Part shown: positions 36,628 to 49,928 of the stretch, in pieces | How the letters are laid out: each line of letters begins with the position of its first letter | Numbering within the stretch: the stretch's first letter is position 1 | Notes under the pieces: generated by a model | The model's input: only the letters and a program-made list of their open reading frames with translations | Databases searched by the model: none | Told to the model about the DNA's origin: nothing | Made by a program: the position numbers and the translations under genes | Assembly (NCBI RefSeq): GCF_006345805.1 | Contig: NC_043001.1 | Location: 119,288,001 to 119,352,000, forward strand | Direction: 5' to 3' | Length of the DNA stretch: 64,000 nucleotides | DNA from: Octopus sinensis | Taxonomy: Eukaryota

Positions 36628-38636
36628 TCTTATTTTTATCACCTGCTTTCGCTGCATTACCAAGCGCAGCCTCGGGTATGTGTTGTGTTTTGTTGTGATG
36701 CTCTTATTTTCATTGTATTGAAAGTGTTTTATGTAGGATGTGTGTTGTATCTAGTAGTGCTATTTTCTGTATGCTATATATACTTGTAAGCCCTGGAGAT
36801 TTTGTTATGTATTTATCTGAATGTTTTTTTTCTCATCATACCTAATGCGCCTAAGGGAATAGGAATTGTTTCTGATTTTAGATTACAAAATTCGAGTGAG
36901 CTCTATTTCCAAATCTTTGTAGCTTGAAAGTTTCTCCGTTTCTTTTAGAGAAACGTTGTCATCTACTGGTATTGATACATCGATTAGAAAGCACTTTTTT
37001 TTTCTTGGTTGTCTCTGACAACTATATTCGGCCTAGTAGACGTAACGTCTCTGTGTGTATTGACATATCTCAGACTACGGCTGTTTTCTACTTTTCTGTG
37101 ATCTTTTCTGGCGTGTGCCTATACCATCTTTCTTCTGTTGTTATTCTATTATGTTGGCATAGCTTCCAGTGTATGTAGGTTCCATCTCTGACGTGTCTGT
37201 GAATATATTCCTTCTTAGCCAGGACTGGGAAGCCAGAGACAATATGATTTATCATTTCTTCTCCATCACCTCATATTCTGCAGTTGCTTGTATTTCTCTT
37301 CATTATGTGTTTTAGGTGATTTCTTGTAGGAAGGCTTTGATCTTGTGCTGCAATTAAAAATCCTTCAGTCTCTACTTTGAGTTCTAAGCTTCTCAACCAT
37401 TGTTGGGATTTTGCTTTGTCTATTTTTTTTTGTTTAGTTTAACCCAATATTTGTCACGAAGGGGCTTTTCTTGCCATCGTTTTATCATGATCCGTTGCTG
37501 TTCCAGGTTTAGTTGGGATTTCAGTTGTTTTACAACTTTTGTTGTTTCTTCTTTTTCTTCATAGTTATTAAGAATTATCGTTTTTTTTGTATTTGTCAGC
37601 TTCCAAGACAGAAAACAGTTCTTGTTTTGTTCGTGTTTTGTGGCTATTTGTATCAGTTTTACTTGCTTCTGAAGTAGGTATTTCTGTAATCCTATGGCAG
37701 TTATTTTGTAATAGTTTTCTAGTGCTATAAGGCCTCCACCACTTTCAGTATGTTGTATGTATAACCTTTCTATGTCAGATTTTGGATGGTGCATCCTGAA
37801 ACCTATCATTATTATTCTTGTTTTCCTGTCTATTTTGATTAGTTCATTTAGAGTCTAGTTAAGAATATTGTAGCTGTAACTTATAACTGGGACGGCTACT
37901 GTGTTGATACCTATTATCTTGTTTTTCGCATTGAGCTATTTTCAGTATTAAGCGAACTCGTTTCTAGTATTTCTTTCTTATGCTGTTTTTCATTTATCGT
38001 ATCTAGTTCATTGATTCCTAAATATTTGTATGTCTGGCTTTGGTCTAATTCTCTTAACTAATTAGCTTTATCTAGTGTTATGTTGTTACATTTAATTAGT
38101 TTTCTTCTTTTCAAGGTGGCTTTGGCACATTTTTCTAAGCCGAATTTCATGTTTATTTCTTTCGTAAATCCACGTATTATTTGTAGCAATGTTTCGAACT
38201 CTTTATCATTTGCAGCATACAATTTTAAGTCATCCATATATAAGACATGGTTGACTGCTTTTCCGTAATATTTGTAGCCACACCTAGTTTTGTTTAGTAT
38301 GTCAGATAGCAGTGTGAATGCCAAGTAGAAAAGGAGTAGAAAGAGCATGCCTCCCTCGAATATTCCTCTTTTAATGGGGATGACTTTTTATGAGTCCCTC
38401 CTTTGTCTGGAGCTGTAGCACTGTCTGCCACTTATACCTGGAATGTTTTATATATTTTATAATTATGAGGGCTACTTTATCAATGGCTAGTGTTTCTAGG
38501 ATCCATGTGTGGAAAATACTATGAAAAGCCTTTCGGTAATCGATCCAGGCCATACTTAGACCATTCTTCTTTCTGTGGCTGTCTTCTTTCTGTGGCTTTA
38601 CTGATCAGTAGCTGTTCTTTACAGCCTTATGAGTCA
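36628..38636 (-). mobile_element. Older copy of the same R4/Dong family as 4709-6001, extending into the RT
   Basis: MAWIDYRKAF, HVLYMDDLKLYA, FGLEKCAKA, MHHPKSDIERLY and a 3' UTR matching 5904-6000; many stops. Confidence 0.92.
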
Positions 38637-38745
38637 TCTGTCAAGTCACAACAAGGAACTCAGACAGATAATACTTTCCTTAAGTTGTGTGCTGTGCCCA
38701 ATGAGGCTGCTTTTTGCAAGACATCAATCTTGCATGAGATTTAAG
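38637..38745 (-). mobile_element. 3' end of another R4/Dong-like subfamily
   Basis: Minus strand reads DVLQKAASLGTAHNLRKVLSV*. Confidence 0.7.
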
Positions 38746-38927
38746 GGGAAGTGGATTTTGAGTATACTGAAAATCAGGGCCGCAAAGATTCGTAGTTAAA
38801 TACTACACGGTATTTTGTACACTGCTCGTCCGATTCTCCGACCTTCCATCATGTTGACTAATGATTCTACCAATCTTTAGATCTATATTTAATATAAATA
38901 TTGTTATTACTAATGCCAGTATTATTA

Positions 38928-39594
38928 GAAGGCGGTGAGCTGGTAAAATTATTAGCACGCCGGGAAACATTCTTAATGTCCGACTTTACGTCCTGAGCTC
39001 AAATTCCACCATTTCGGGTTCGATTGAATAAGTATCAGTTGATCACTGGTGTCAATGTAATCGACTTACCCGCTCTCTGAAATTTCTGACCTTGCGCCAA
39101 AATTTGAAATCAATAATATCAGTGTTATTAATAACGTTAAAGGCAGTGAAAAATACTCAGCAACTTTCGTTCCGGCTCTACAAGTTGTGCAGAGGTCGAC
39201 TTTACCTTTCATCATTTTGGGTCGATAAAATAAGTACTAGTTCAACATTGGAGTCGATGAAATCGACTAGATCTTCCTAGATTTCAGGCCTGTGGTGATC
39301 TTTAAAAAATATTATTATTAATGTTTATAAAATTTAATCAGCATTAATAATACTAATGATGTTAGTATAATTGATCATATTTTCAGTCATTAGCACAAGG
39401 CCTGAAAATTTAGGAGATGGGGGGCAGTCGATTACATTGACCCCAGTGCGTAACTGGTACTTAATTCATCGACCCTGAAAGGATGAAAGGCAAAGTCGAC
39501 CTGGGCGGAGTTCGAACGCAGAAAGTAGAGATGGACGAAATGCTGGTAAGCATTTTCTCCGGCACGCTAACGGTTCTGACTCCTCACCGCCTTA
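38928..39594. mobile_element. Cluster of three SINE family A copies (+, +, -)
   Basis: Heads aaggcggtgagc at 38928 (+) and 39593 (-); core gtcgactttacctttcatc at about 39196. Confidence 0.8.
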
Positions 39595-40022
39595 GTATTA
39601 CTAAAATAATACTAATGATATGTTATTGACTATTGAAGGAGTAGTGAACTTGGAATGTGAAATGAATTATTATAAACCATTAGATTGCATATATCAACAG
39701 TGTCTGCCAAATAGTCACCGATGGCAAGACTAGTATTAAATGAGCAGCGCTAGAGAGCTGGAGAGACACAATAACCTAGATCTGGATGATAAGGAAGTAT
39801 AAAGTGAAGTCGTTTTGAAAAGAATTGTAAAATATCCTGAAAAAAAAAAACATGCAAGAAACTGGAAAAAATCTCTTGCATAATTATTGAAGAATGCGAA
39901 AAGAACGTAAGATCAAACTGGCACAATCCGAAAGACATATTCTCGCCATCTTTAAATCAAAAGAAAGACGGGATTGTGTGGTGTTGACTTTGATCAAAGC
40001 CTATATTGATGAAAATTCGCTT

Positions 40023-40060
<38 letters not shown>

Positions 40061-40146
40061 TATCATTTAGACGTTAGATAAATGCATTAGATATACATAT
40101 GCGCATCGCTCGTACGTAATACACATATGTGTATGTGGGTGTAATC

Positions 40147-40628
40147 TTATTCAATTCTTATATTCGTGTTTTATTAACAAACTTGCGATTTGGAAACTTT
40201 GATCAGAAAAATGTAATTTTAAAACATAGAACGAAATAATAAAATAAATTTTTATTTGTTGATCACAAAAAAAAGGGGAAAGAAAAAGAAATTGCAAAAT
40301 AAATAAAATAACCAATAAAGCCTATCTAATATCTCTCAAAGCTCTTGAGCTAAGTTCAATGCAAGTTCATTCCTTATTTTTTGTTCGGTAAAAATATATG
40401 TATAGGTACTGTTTAATTCACACACACACGAACGCACACAGACACACACACACTCTCTCTCTCTCACACACACATACACACACAAACACGCACGCACACA
40501 TGCACGCAGGAACACACGCACACACAATCACACATATATGCGCATAGCTATAAGCACACACACACATACGCATATATAATATATATGTATGTATGTGTAA
40601 GTGTGCGTGTATACGTATATATGTATAT

Positions 40629-40689
<61 letters not shown>

Positions 40690-40864
40690 ATATATTTATA
40701 TATATTTATATATATATATTTATATATATACATACACATATATATATATATGTATATTTTATGTATATATTATATATGTACATATATATAATATATATAC
40801 ATATATATGTTATATATATATTATATATATGTGTGTATATATACATATATATATATACACATAT

Positions 40865-40936
<72 letters not shown>

Positions 40937-41246
40937 ATATATATTAAAGACAAACGATAAAGATATATATATATATACATACACAAAGACAACTAGATAG
41001 AACGATATGTAAAGAAGTGAAGAGTATTCCTCATTGTACCGAAATCAGCTCAAGGCTCTTGATAGATTGTGTCTTGTTGTATGGTTTTTTTTTATATTTT
41101 ATTATTATTATCATTTCTTTGTTTTTATGCTAAAAAATCTTTAACAATTTTTATTATTTTCCAGTTAATTTTTTAATGCTTTTTTCTTAACAAAATTTGC
41201 AAATCGAAACTTTGTTAATAATACACACAAAATAAGAATTAAATCA
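40147..41246. repeat. Old foldback/MITE-like element with about 230-bp inverted arms around microsatellites
   Basis: aattcttatattcgtgttttattaacaaacttgcgatttggaaactttg pairs with caaaatttgcaaatcgaaactttgttaataatacacacaaaataagaatt; inner cttgagct/agctcaag. Confidence 0.65.
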
Positions 41247-41732
41247 GAGAGAGGAATGATTGATTGAATCAATGTGTGTATGCGTGTGTGTGCTTACGTA
41301 CACACACGTGCACACACAGACACACATGTATAATATCATGCATATATACATTCATATACATAGATACAATATATGTATGTATTTATGGCTGTATATGTGT
41401 GTATGCTTGCACATATCCATAGATCCATAGATATACATCGATGTAGGTATTTATGTACGAATGTGCATATACATATATGTGTGTGTATAGATATGTGTGT
41501 TTGTATATATACGTGTATATATATATATATATGTATATATATATACATGCATACATATATATATATATATATATGTATACAGACATGTATATATAAATAT
41601 ATGGATATATATATATATATATATATACATATATTCATCTTAGCTTCGTATTTTTATTACACACACACACACACACACACAAATATGTGTATATATATAT
41701 ATACATACATATATATATATATGTGTGTGTGT

Positions 41733-41881
41733 GGAAGCGCGTGGCTTAGTGGTTAGGGTGTCAGCATCATGATCGTAAGATTATGGTTTCGATTCCTGGA
41801 CCGGGTGACCCGTTGTGTTCTTGAGCAAAACACTTCATTTCACGTTGCTCCAGTCCACTCAGCTGGCAAAAATGAGTAACA
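41733..41881 (+). mobile_element. tRNA-derived SINE family B, 5' part
   Basis: A box gtggcttagtgg, B box gtttcgattcc, core tgtgttcttgagcaaaacacttcatttcacgttgctccag. Confidence 0.85.
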
Positions 41882-42341
41882 CTCCCGGGTATTTAGCGGT
41901 GGTGGGGGATAAAACACCAAGATATACACGCATATACATGTTTCGGGTGTTTTGGGTCTAGTCTCCGGGAAAATGAAAAACGTCATTGGAAATAAAATAG
42001 AGCAAGAGACGAAATTCCGAACTACTGGAGAAGTACAACGTCGATTTTTCCGGAACATTTCAAAGTTCTACCAGGTTACTGATTTTTTCTAACCTGGGGT
42101 TGTAACTTGGGTCAATACACTCTAAATTTAACCACTAGTAAATCTACATAAATGATTAAATGAAATACAGGTACTTGCACTTTGATATCAAAGGTACAAG
42201 TTTCTTAATACTGCAAGCTACTGCTCTCTGCAAGGTACCTGCAAAAGAAGGTCGGCGGTCGCAGGAATTTGAATTTCCTCTTCCGAAGTTTGTGAGGATT
42301 ATAATTACGAACCATCTATCTTCGGAAATTGGTGTACAAGC

Positions 42342-42392
<51 letters not shown>

Positions 42393-42553
42393 TGTAGTAG
42401 TTCTTCTTCTTCTTCTTCTTCTTCTTCTTCTTCTTCTTCTTCTCCTCCTTCTTCTTCTTCCTCCTCCTCCTCCTCTTCTTCTTCTTCTTCTTCTTCTTCT
42501 TTCTTCTCTTCTTCTTCTTCTTCTTCTTCTTCTTCTTCTTCTTCTTCATCATC
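42342..42553. repeat. (AGT)n/(CTT)n microsatellite
   Basis: Seen directly. Confidence 0.95.
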
Positions 42554-42617
42554 AAGCCCAGGTCAGTTCTATATGAAGCAAGCCTGTGATATAAAACATT
42601 TCGATTATGAACATCGC

Positions 42618-42971
42618 ACTTTTTTTTTTCCATCTTTATTTCCGGCAAAGTAAGTCCAGTGGATTGGCAGCGTCGTTGGAGCGCTGACCTCGATGAAAAT
42701 TGAACTCGAAACAGTAAGAGCAGCATGGAACAGTGCAATAGAGCTGAACTGAGTCTGAATAACTACTACTACTATACTACTACTACTACTACTACTACTA
42801 TACTACTACTGCTGCTGCTGCCGCTGCTGCCGCTGCTGCCGCTGCTGCCGCTGCTGCCGCTGCTGCCGCTGCTGCCGCTGCTGCCGCTGCTGCCGCTGCT
42901 GCCGCTGCTGCCGCTGCCGCCGCTACCGCCGCTGCCGCCGCTACCGCCGCTGCCGCCGCTGCTGCTACTGC

Positions 42972-43015
<44 letters not shown>

Positions 43016-43078
43016 ATGCCGCTGCCGCCGCTGCCGCCGCTGCCGCCGCTGCTGCTACTGCTACTACTACTACTACTA

Positions 43079-43112
<34 letters not shown>

Positions 43113-43198
43113 GCCGCTGCCGCCGCTGCCGCCGCTGCCGCCGCTGCCGCCGCTGCCGCCGCTGCCGCCGCTGCCGCCGCTGCTGCTACTACTACTAC

Positions 43199-43238
<40 letters not shown>

Positions 43239-43263
43239 GCCGCTGCCGCCGCTGCTGCTACTG

Positions 43264-43294
<31 letters not shown>

Positions 43295-43984
43295 ACTACT
43301 ACTACTACTACTACTACTACAACGACGACGGTGACCACCACCACCACTACCGGCACTACCACCACAATTACTAATACCACCACCACCTCCACTAACATTG
43401 TAATTCCATCTGATGCTCTAATTTAATTCTAGTGATGTCTTTCATTTCCCCGACATCGATAAATAAAAAAAAAGAGTTAAGTCCAATTTTGTAAAAAAAA
43501 ACAAAACAAAGAAGCAAAAAAAAAAGAAAGCAACAGCAAAAAGCTATCAGTCAATTAGATCGACTGTGGTATGTCAGTAGAATGTAATGTTATCAGCAAT
43601 CCCTTTGCCTCCGGGGGTGATGGGAAACAACAAAAGATAAAACAAACAAAAAGAAGAAAAAAAACGAGTCACGTAGGAGTTCGACACTGTAGCAGCCATA
43701 CTAAAGTAAATATGGGTCGAGAAGATTGAGGGAAAACATTCTAAAATTAGGGATTTGTGTATTACTGACATCGATTTCATCGAACCCAATACATAAATAT
43801 CAATTTATGAAAAAGGATAGGTTAGCAGTTAAAGGGATCATCGTCGCTAGGAGTGAACGTAAAAGGGTCACAGTTAAATGCTGTAAGGTATTGGTGATGG
43901 TAGTGGTGGTGGTGGTCACCGTCGTCGTTGTAGTAGTAGTAGTAGTAGTAGTAGCAGCAGCAGCGGCAGCAGCAGCAGCAGTAG

Positions 43985-44069
<85 letters not shown>

Positions 44070-44214
44070 TATTCAGACTCAGTTCAGCTCTATTGCACTA
44101 TTCCATGCTGCTCTTACTGTTTCGAGTTCAATTTTCATCGAGGTCAGCGCTCCAACGACGCTGCCAATCCACTGGACTTACTTTGCGGGAAATAAAGAGG
44201 AAAAAAAAAGAAGT
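42618..44214. repeat. Near-identical inverted duplication (arms about 42618-43351 and 43899-44214)
   Basis: Unique segment 42632-42762 matches the reverse complement of about 44069-44198 with about 2 mismatches; inner caacgacgacggtgaccaccaccaccactacc is also mirrored; a triplet array lies between them in each arm. Confidence 0.95.
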
Positions 44215-44311
44215 ATTTACTGTCTCTCCGCTATCCTGGGACCAATCTGAATATTACAAGATATGTATTGTCTCTGGTGTTTGAGTTTCAATAATTTTAA
44301 GCAAAACACTC

Positions 44312-44344
<33 letters not shown>

Positions 44345-44446
44345 CATACGTGTGCATGTGTGCGTGCGACATCTTTCAGAAGAGATTTCGTCAAAGAGTA
44401 TTAGCTAATAATCTCAAACGCACAAACACACACACATTCGTACATG

Positions 44447-45664
44447 TTCGATGGTCGGCTAAGACGTTCATAGGCTGACCAAGATACTCTCATGGGATAT
44501 AATTAAATGAAGCTCGTTTTTCAATATAGCTCCCCTCAATGTCCACACACTTCTTCCATCAGTGTTGTGGCGCATGGATCCCATCGGTGTATAAACTTTC
44601 AACCTGTAGGTGACAAAAATCATGAACAGCAGGTATGATGTCATCATCACTGCCATACTGGTTCCCGACCAAGTACATTTTTCCTGCTGAGGAACAGATG
44701 ATAATCAGGTGAGGCAAATCAGGAGAATAGGGTGGGTGATCAAGCAGTTCGAAGCGACAGTCACGCACAGAAGCCCTTGAAACCAAGGGCTTCTGTGCTG
44801 GAGCATTAACCTCAAGAAACAAGGCCCTTTTCAATAGCTTTCCTGGGCGTTTGGTCATGATAAACATTCGTAACTACCTCAGCAAGTTGGCATAGTTCTG
44901 TCCATTGTTAGTGCGGCCCTTTAGAAATAAGCACAGCGCCTTTTGCATCCCAAAAAACTGAGGCAATCACCTTCCTTACAGATGAAATGACCTTGGTCTT
45001 CTTTGGAGCACGGGAGGAGGGCGTTTCCACTGCTTCCATTGTCTCTTTGTTTCTTGTTCAAAGTGACGAAGCCTGGATTTGGGAATCGTTCAAGGAAAGC
45101 AACTGGATCGGCCTGGCGTGCATTTGATCAGGTGCCAGAACTTAGCGAGCAGAAACCTTGTAGCACCTGGCGAGCAGAAACCTTCCTCATGCCAAGTTCA
45201 TTGTGCAGAATATTCTTCACTGCCACACAGAATATGCAAATACCATTGGCTATTTGATTGATAGTCAGTTACCTGTCATACATCACCGTGTAGTGAACAC
45301 AACCATTGTTTTCCCCGAGGGTGGCAATTGCAGGACGTCCAGACCTTGAGTCATCTTCAAGACTCTCTCTCTTCCGCTTTTAAATTTAGCAGATCAATCT
45401 TACACTGTTAATAAAGCTAGAGCGTCCTCCCTTAATGTAGAATTCATGTCAGCAAGAATTCTTTGGGGGTTAAACTTTTATTGTGCATGAACTTGATTAC
45501 ACCACAATGATAAATTTTGTCCATTTTCAAGAGAAATCGCTGGTAGTTTCTTTTGAAGTCTTCTTGAAATAGTTAGATATCAGTTTATCTGGAAAGAAAC
45601 AATCCAGTTATTAATAAGAAGGGTTGAAATTAACGCATGTAAACTTTCACAGCCCACCCTCATA
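44447..45664 (-). mobile_element. Full-length decayed mariner transposon
   Basis: FELLDHPPYSPDL, WKKCVDIEGSYIEK and EDDSRSGRP on the minus strand; degenerate inverted termini cgatggtcggctaagacgttc / aaactttcacagcccaccctca; about 1.2 kb. Confidence 0.88.
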
Positions 45665-46292
45665 CACACGCACATACACATACATTCACACACACACATA
45701 TGCATGAATGTTATGTGTCCGTGTCACTTGTTGAGGTGTAAACAGGTGTAAATCTTTTGTGATAAGCAGTACTTAGGGGAAGTAACTCTTAATAAGGGAC
45801 ATAACTCAAGTAAACTCATCAATTAAAAAACAGAGTTCATATAATGAATACAACGATGCACTTTATCTCGATATATTTGAGAAATATCCTTCAAGTTACT
45901 GGCCAAGAAGGGTTGCTGTGCAATAATTGCAACCAATGAATTAACAAATTGTTATATATAGTAGAAAACACAGATTTGGCACGTTCGTGGTTTTGCCAAG
46001 GACAATAGCTGTCAATGTCGACTGTCCACTAAAGAAATCGAAACCTTACATTGTTTTTTCCTCTCTACTATAGATTTATCTCTTTATCACTTTCACTTTC
46101 TTTATCTATCTTCATTGTTTTGCTCTCATTGTCATATCTTTTATATTTTACATTTCTTTCTTGCTTTCACTTTAAAAAAAAATGTCTCTTCCACATTCTT
46201 TCGTTATTCCTTTATAACTGCTTATCATTTATTCGTTCATTCCTCTTCCTTCCCACCAATCAAATTCATTTTTCCTTCCTTCTTTCTTTCCT

Positions 46293-46324
<32 letters not shown>

Positions 46325-46605
46325 ACCTTCCTTTCTTTGCTCTCAAATTTTTCAGCCATGTCGTTTAGAAGTGTTACCTCGCTATAGAAAGCCTCTACGT
46401 CAACACTCGGCCTGCTAGAAGAGACCGACACATATTTCTCAAATAAATTCATACAGCTCACATTGGACAATGCTAACGAGTAGAGTCGTAACGTCTAGAA
46501 TCCATCTTGAACTTCTCTCCCAAAAATATTTCAATCTGCTCCTAGTATCTTATGAAATAGACGGCGTGAAACTAAGTCAAATTTTTATCAATATATGTAT
46601 GTATG

Positions 46606-46637
<32 letters not shown>

Positions 46638-46646
46638 AATATATAT

Positions 46647-46716
<70 letters not shown>

Positions 46717-47100
46717 CAGGGTGCCGTAAGATACTTGAGGACAGATTTGTTTATAAATAAAGCATATATAATAACAGATAATAACAGATAATAAAAATGC
46801 TATGAGGATAAAATTAAATCTTTTTTATAATAAAGCCACCTTCAGCTTCAACAACTTCTTCTCTATGAGATCTAAATCATCTACATGCTTGAATCAAGTG
46901 GTCCTGGTTTATTTTGGACATTGCTCGACTATGGCAGCTTTCAAAGAATCTTTGGTGTTATGGCCGTGTTCATTGACGATTCTCTCGCAACAACGCTCCA
47001 CATGTAATAGTGCAATGGATTGAGATCTGGGGAATTAGGAGGCCAAATGTTAGGGGTTACATGAATATGAAAATTGTCAACCATCCATTCCTGTGATACT
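46717..47100 (-). mobile_element. Tc1/mariner (maT/DD37D-like) transposon right end
   Basis: WPPNSPDLNPLHYYMWSVV and VVEAEGGFI on the minus strand; terminus TA|CAGGGTG at a TA run. Confidence 0.8.
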
Positions 47101-47236
47101 AGAGTCAAAAGACGCAAAAACAATAGCAAACAAAAGGCAATCCCAAAAGGGAAAACCTACAAGGTAAAACCAGCGAGTACTTAGCTTCACAGCAGAAAAA
47201 AACACGTCTGCTCAAATCGAGATGATTGTAGCAACG

Positions 47237-48365
47237 TTTTCTTTATTGCCCACAGAGGGCCAAACATAGAGGGACGGTACAAATGAGGGAGGGGTCGATG
47301 GTGCGTATGGTTTTTGTACAGAGGTGAAAAGTAAAAATATTATACAATCTAATGATAAAGAAATGATAAGTAAAACATATACTATAGCGACCGCAGCGAG
47401 AAAACAAGTCTTGCCTTCTTTGTTGAAAGAAGCAGGAGGAACAATCTTTACAATCGACTCGGAATTTTGGAGCATTGCACATTTGCATGCAGAACGGTTT
47501 CCCTGTCCTGCTTGCATCTTGGGCAAGTGGGTGCGCAAGGGGCACCATGGCTTGCGAGTTTATAGCGAACTGGTATAACACTGCCAGTCCAGGGATCTCT
47601 GAAAGTTATTCAAAGGTCCTGACCCGAATGTCCTTCGGAACATCATCGAAGCCTACAATCTCCCCCAGAACGTCGTCACATTGAGCCTCTACCAGCCTTC
47701 TATAGAAGGTCGAGGTGGAACCCCGGCGCTGGCGTTGCCCGTGCGAGGGAGGAGCTTCAGTGCCTCACGACACTCCGCTTGCCAAACACCCAACTTTGGT
47801 CTACACTTGATCCAAAGTCCTAGTTCATTCAAACTAGTAAGCTCAAGAAGTAACGACCGAACGAACGGAGATCACACCTATTCACCATCCAAGTAGAGCT
47901 ACATATGCCTTAGACTTAGCACTTGTCTGCACATCAACAGCCAAGGCATCCCTAGCCCACCCATTAGCTGGTGCTGGCAGCAGACAGAGCGCTTTGCAAG
48001 AGGACTTCTACCCCTCCACAAAAAGCGGAAGAGCAGCCGCTCCAACTTGATCAGCCATGAACGGGGGCAAGACACGACAGTTAGGAGTTAGGTAATCACA
48101 GAAGCAATAAACACTCCTGCGACCTCCGCCCTTCCTTTCAGGGAAGTGTAAGTTAGGTAGATCTCACTGTTCGTCACCTTGCTCCAATTCTTCTCTACCT
48201 GGAGGTCTGGACCAAACCAAACTTTGTATTTTAACCGGCCCCTCGTCTTGCCTCTCCAGGTGCCGTGTTGCAAGCCGACTGACTTGTCCCAGTTAACTTT
48301 GTTCCTGCCAACCCCGTCGTAGCCCTTAATGGCTTTGCCTACCCTCTGTAGTTGTACCATCACGG
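47237..48365 (-). mobile_element. 3' portion of an L1/Tx1-clade LINE (deleted, decayed) with 3' terminus
   Basis: KVNWDKSVGL, VWFGPDLQVEKNW, SLKGRAEV, FRFLWRG, GGLGMPWL and the CPRCKQDRETVLHANVQC zinc finger; ends tgtgggcaataaagaaa. Confidence 0.88.
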
Positions 48366-49794
48366 ACATGATTATGGTGATAGATGATTGCAACAACGGT
48401 GGAAAAAATATCAATGTTAATTTAATGATGCATTTGGGCAAGTCTATGTCTGTATTATCAGACAATTGCAAAAAATGTTTTAAAAACATTTAAGACTCTG
48501 CCAAAATCCTGTACAAATTCTTCATGGTTGAAAACGTTGCTTACTTTTTACTCAACCTGATATATCTGGGGAAAATATAGTATGGCCACAGCTGAAATGT
48601 CTTTAATCATAGCCCCAGTGGATTAGACTAAATTTCAGCTCAAATATGAACGTCAACAATAATCACTGAAGCAAATAGGATGATTAAATACACTCAACTT
48701 CGCTTAAGCATTTATTTGTAATATGGTGTCAACATTTTTGTCGCTCGAAACAGCGCCCTGTTCGCTGTTTGTCAAACAGAATGGAATACACTGTCTAAAT
48801 ACACGGCAGAATGGAATATACTGTCTAAGTACACAAAATAAACTGGTGATGAAGAGTATGTAGAGCGGAAGAATAGTCACAAACATGGAATAAGTTCTAC
48901 ATTTTAATGGTAATTCTAAAAATCTACTTAAAATAATGTTAGTCATTGAGCTAATACTGTAATTTCCTGGGTGTATGATTATCTTTTATTTGCATTTTGA
49001 TATTCACTGTATTAAATATGTTAACACTAAGTTAACTATTGTTTTTCCATGCGGATGGCGTTTGTGAGTAATTACTGTCAGCGAATCATGATCTAATTTG
49101 TAAAACGTCGGTTTAATCAGTCCGGTGTAACGGAATAGTTTTGTAGCACGGATACAAAGAAAGATTACATACCATGAGAATTAATAGTCGTAATAAATTA
49201 TTTTAGATGATTAGTTGTAATTAGGTGATAGAATTTAGTCACAGCTGACCAAGTAATTACGATGATTATATAACTATAATGTATACCTATAACTTCAATA
49301 TCCATTACAGTGTACTGTTTGCTCACAGGCGCTCGTGCACATACACAAACACACACACGAGATTGTGTGTGTGCGTGTGTGTGCGTGTGTGTGTGTGTGT
49401 GTGTGTGAATCTGTATGAATTTATACATTTCAATGGGCCTGAGAACATCGAGTGTTCAAGATATTAATCAAATATCTATTAAAATTGCTCCCAGAGAGTA
49501 CGCTACTTCTTTCAAGAGCTACTCACAATTATGGACGGAAAAAATGTCTAGACCTCCGATCGAATATTTATGGAGTTTTCAGCTTCTGTAAGTTTTGTAC
49601 GAAGACATGGAGGAAACTGAAACAAATCTGAGTAAAATTATAAATAAATAAATAAATGAATATACAATCGGAAAGTGCATGAATTAATTCGCTTTAAGTC
49701 GTGTATATAAATAGCTAATGTGTGTGTGTGTATGCGTGCGTGTTTGTGTATATATATATGTATGTATATATATATATTATATATATATATTATA

Positions 49795-49836
<42 letters not shown>

Positions 49837-49928
49837 TATATACATATATATATATATTATATATATATATATACATACATATATATATACACAATATATA
49901 TATATATATATACATACATATATATAGT

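Noticed and set aside
41935-41990. Minus-strand cccGAAACATGTA as a hammerhead 3' half
   Set aside because: No CTGANGA strand or convincing stem II.
48778-48835. 29-bp tandem duplication
   Set aside because: Ordinary local slippage with two units only.
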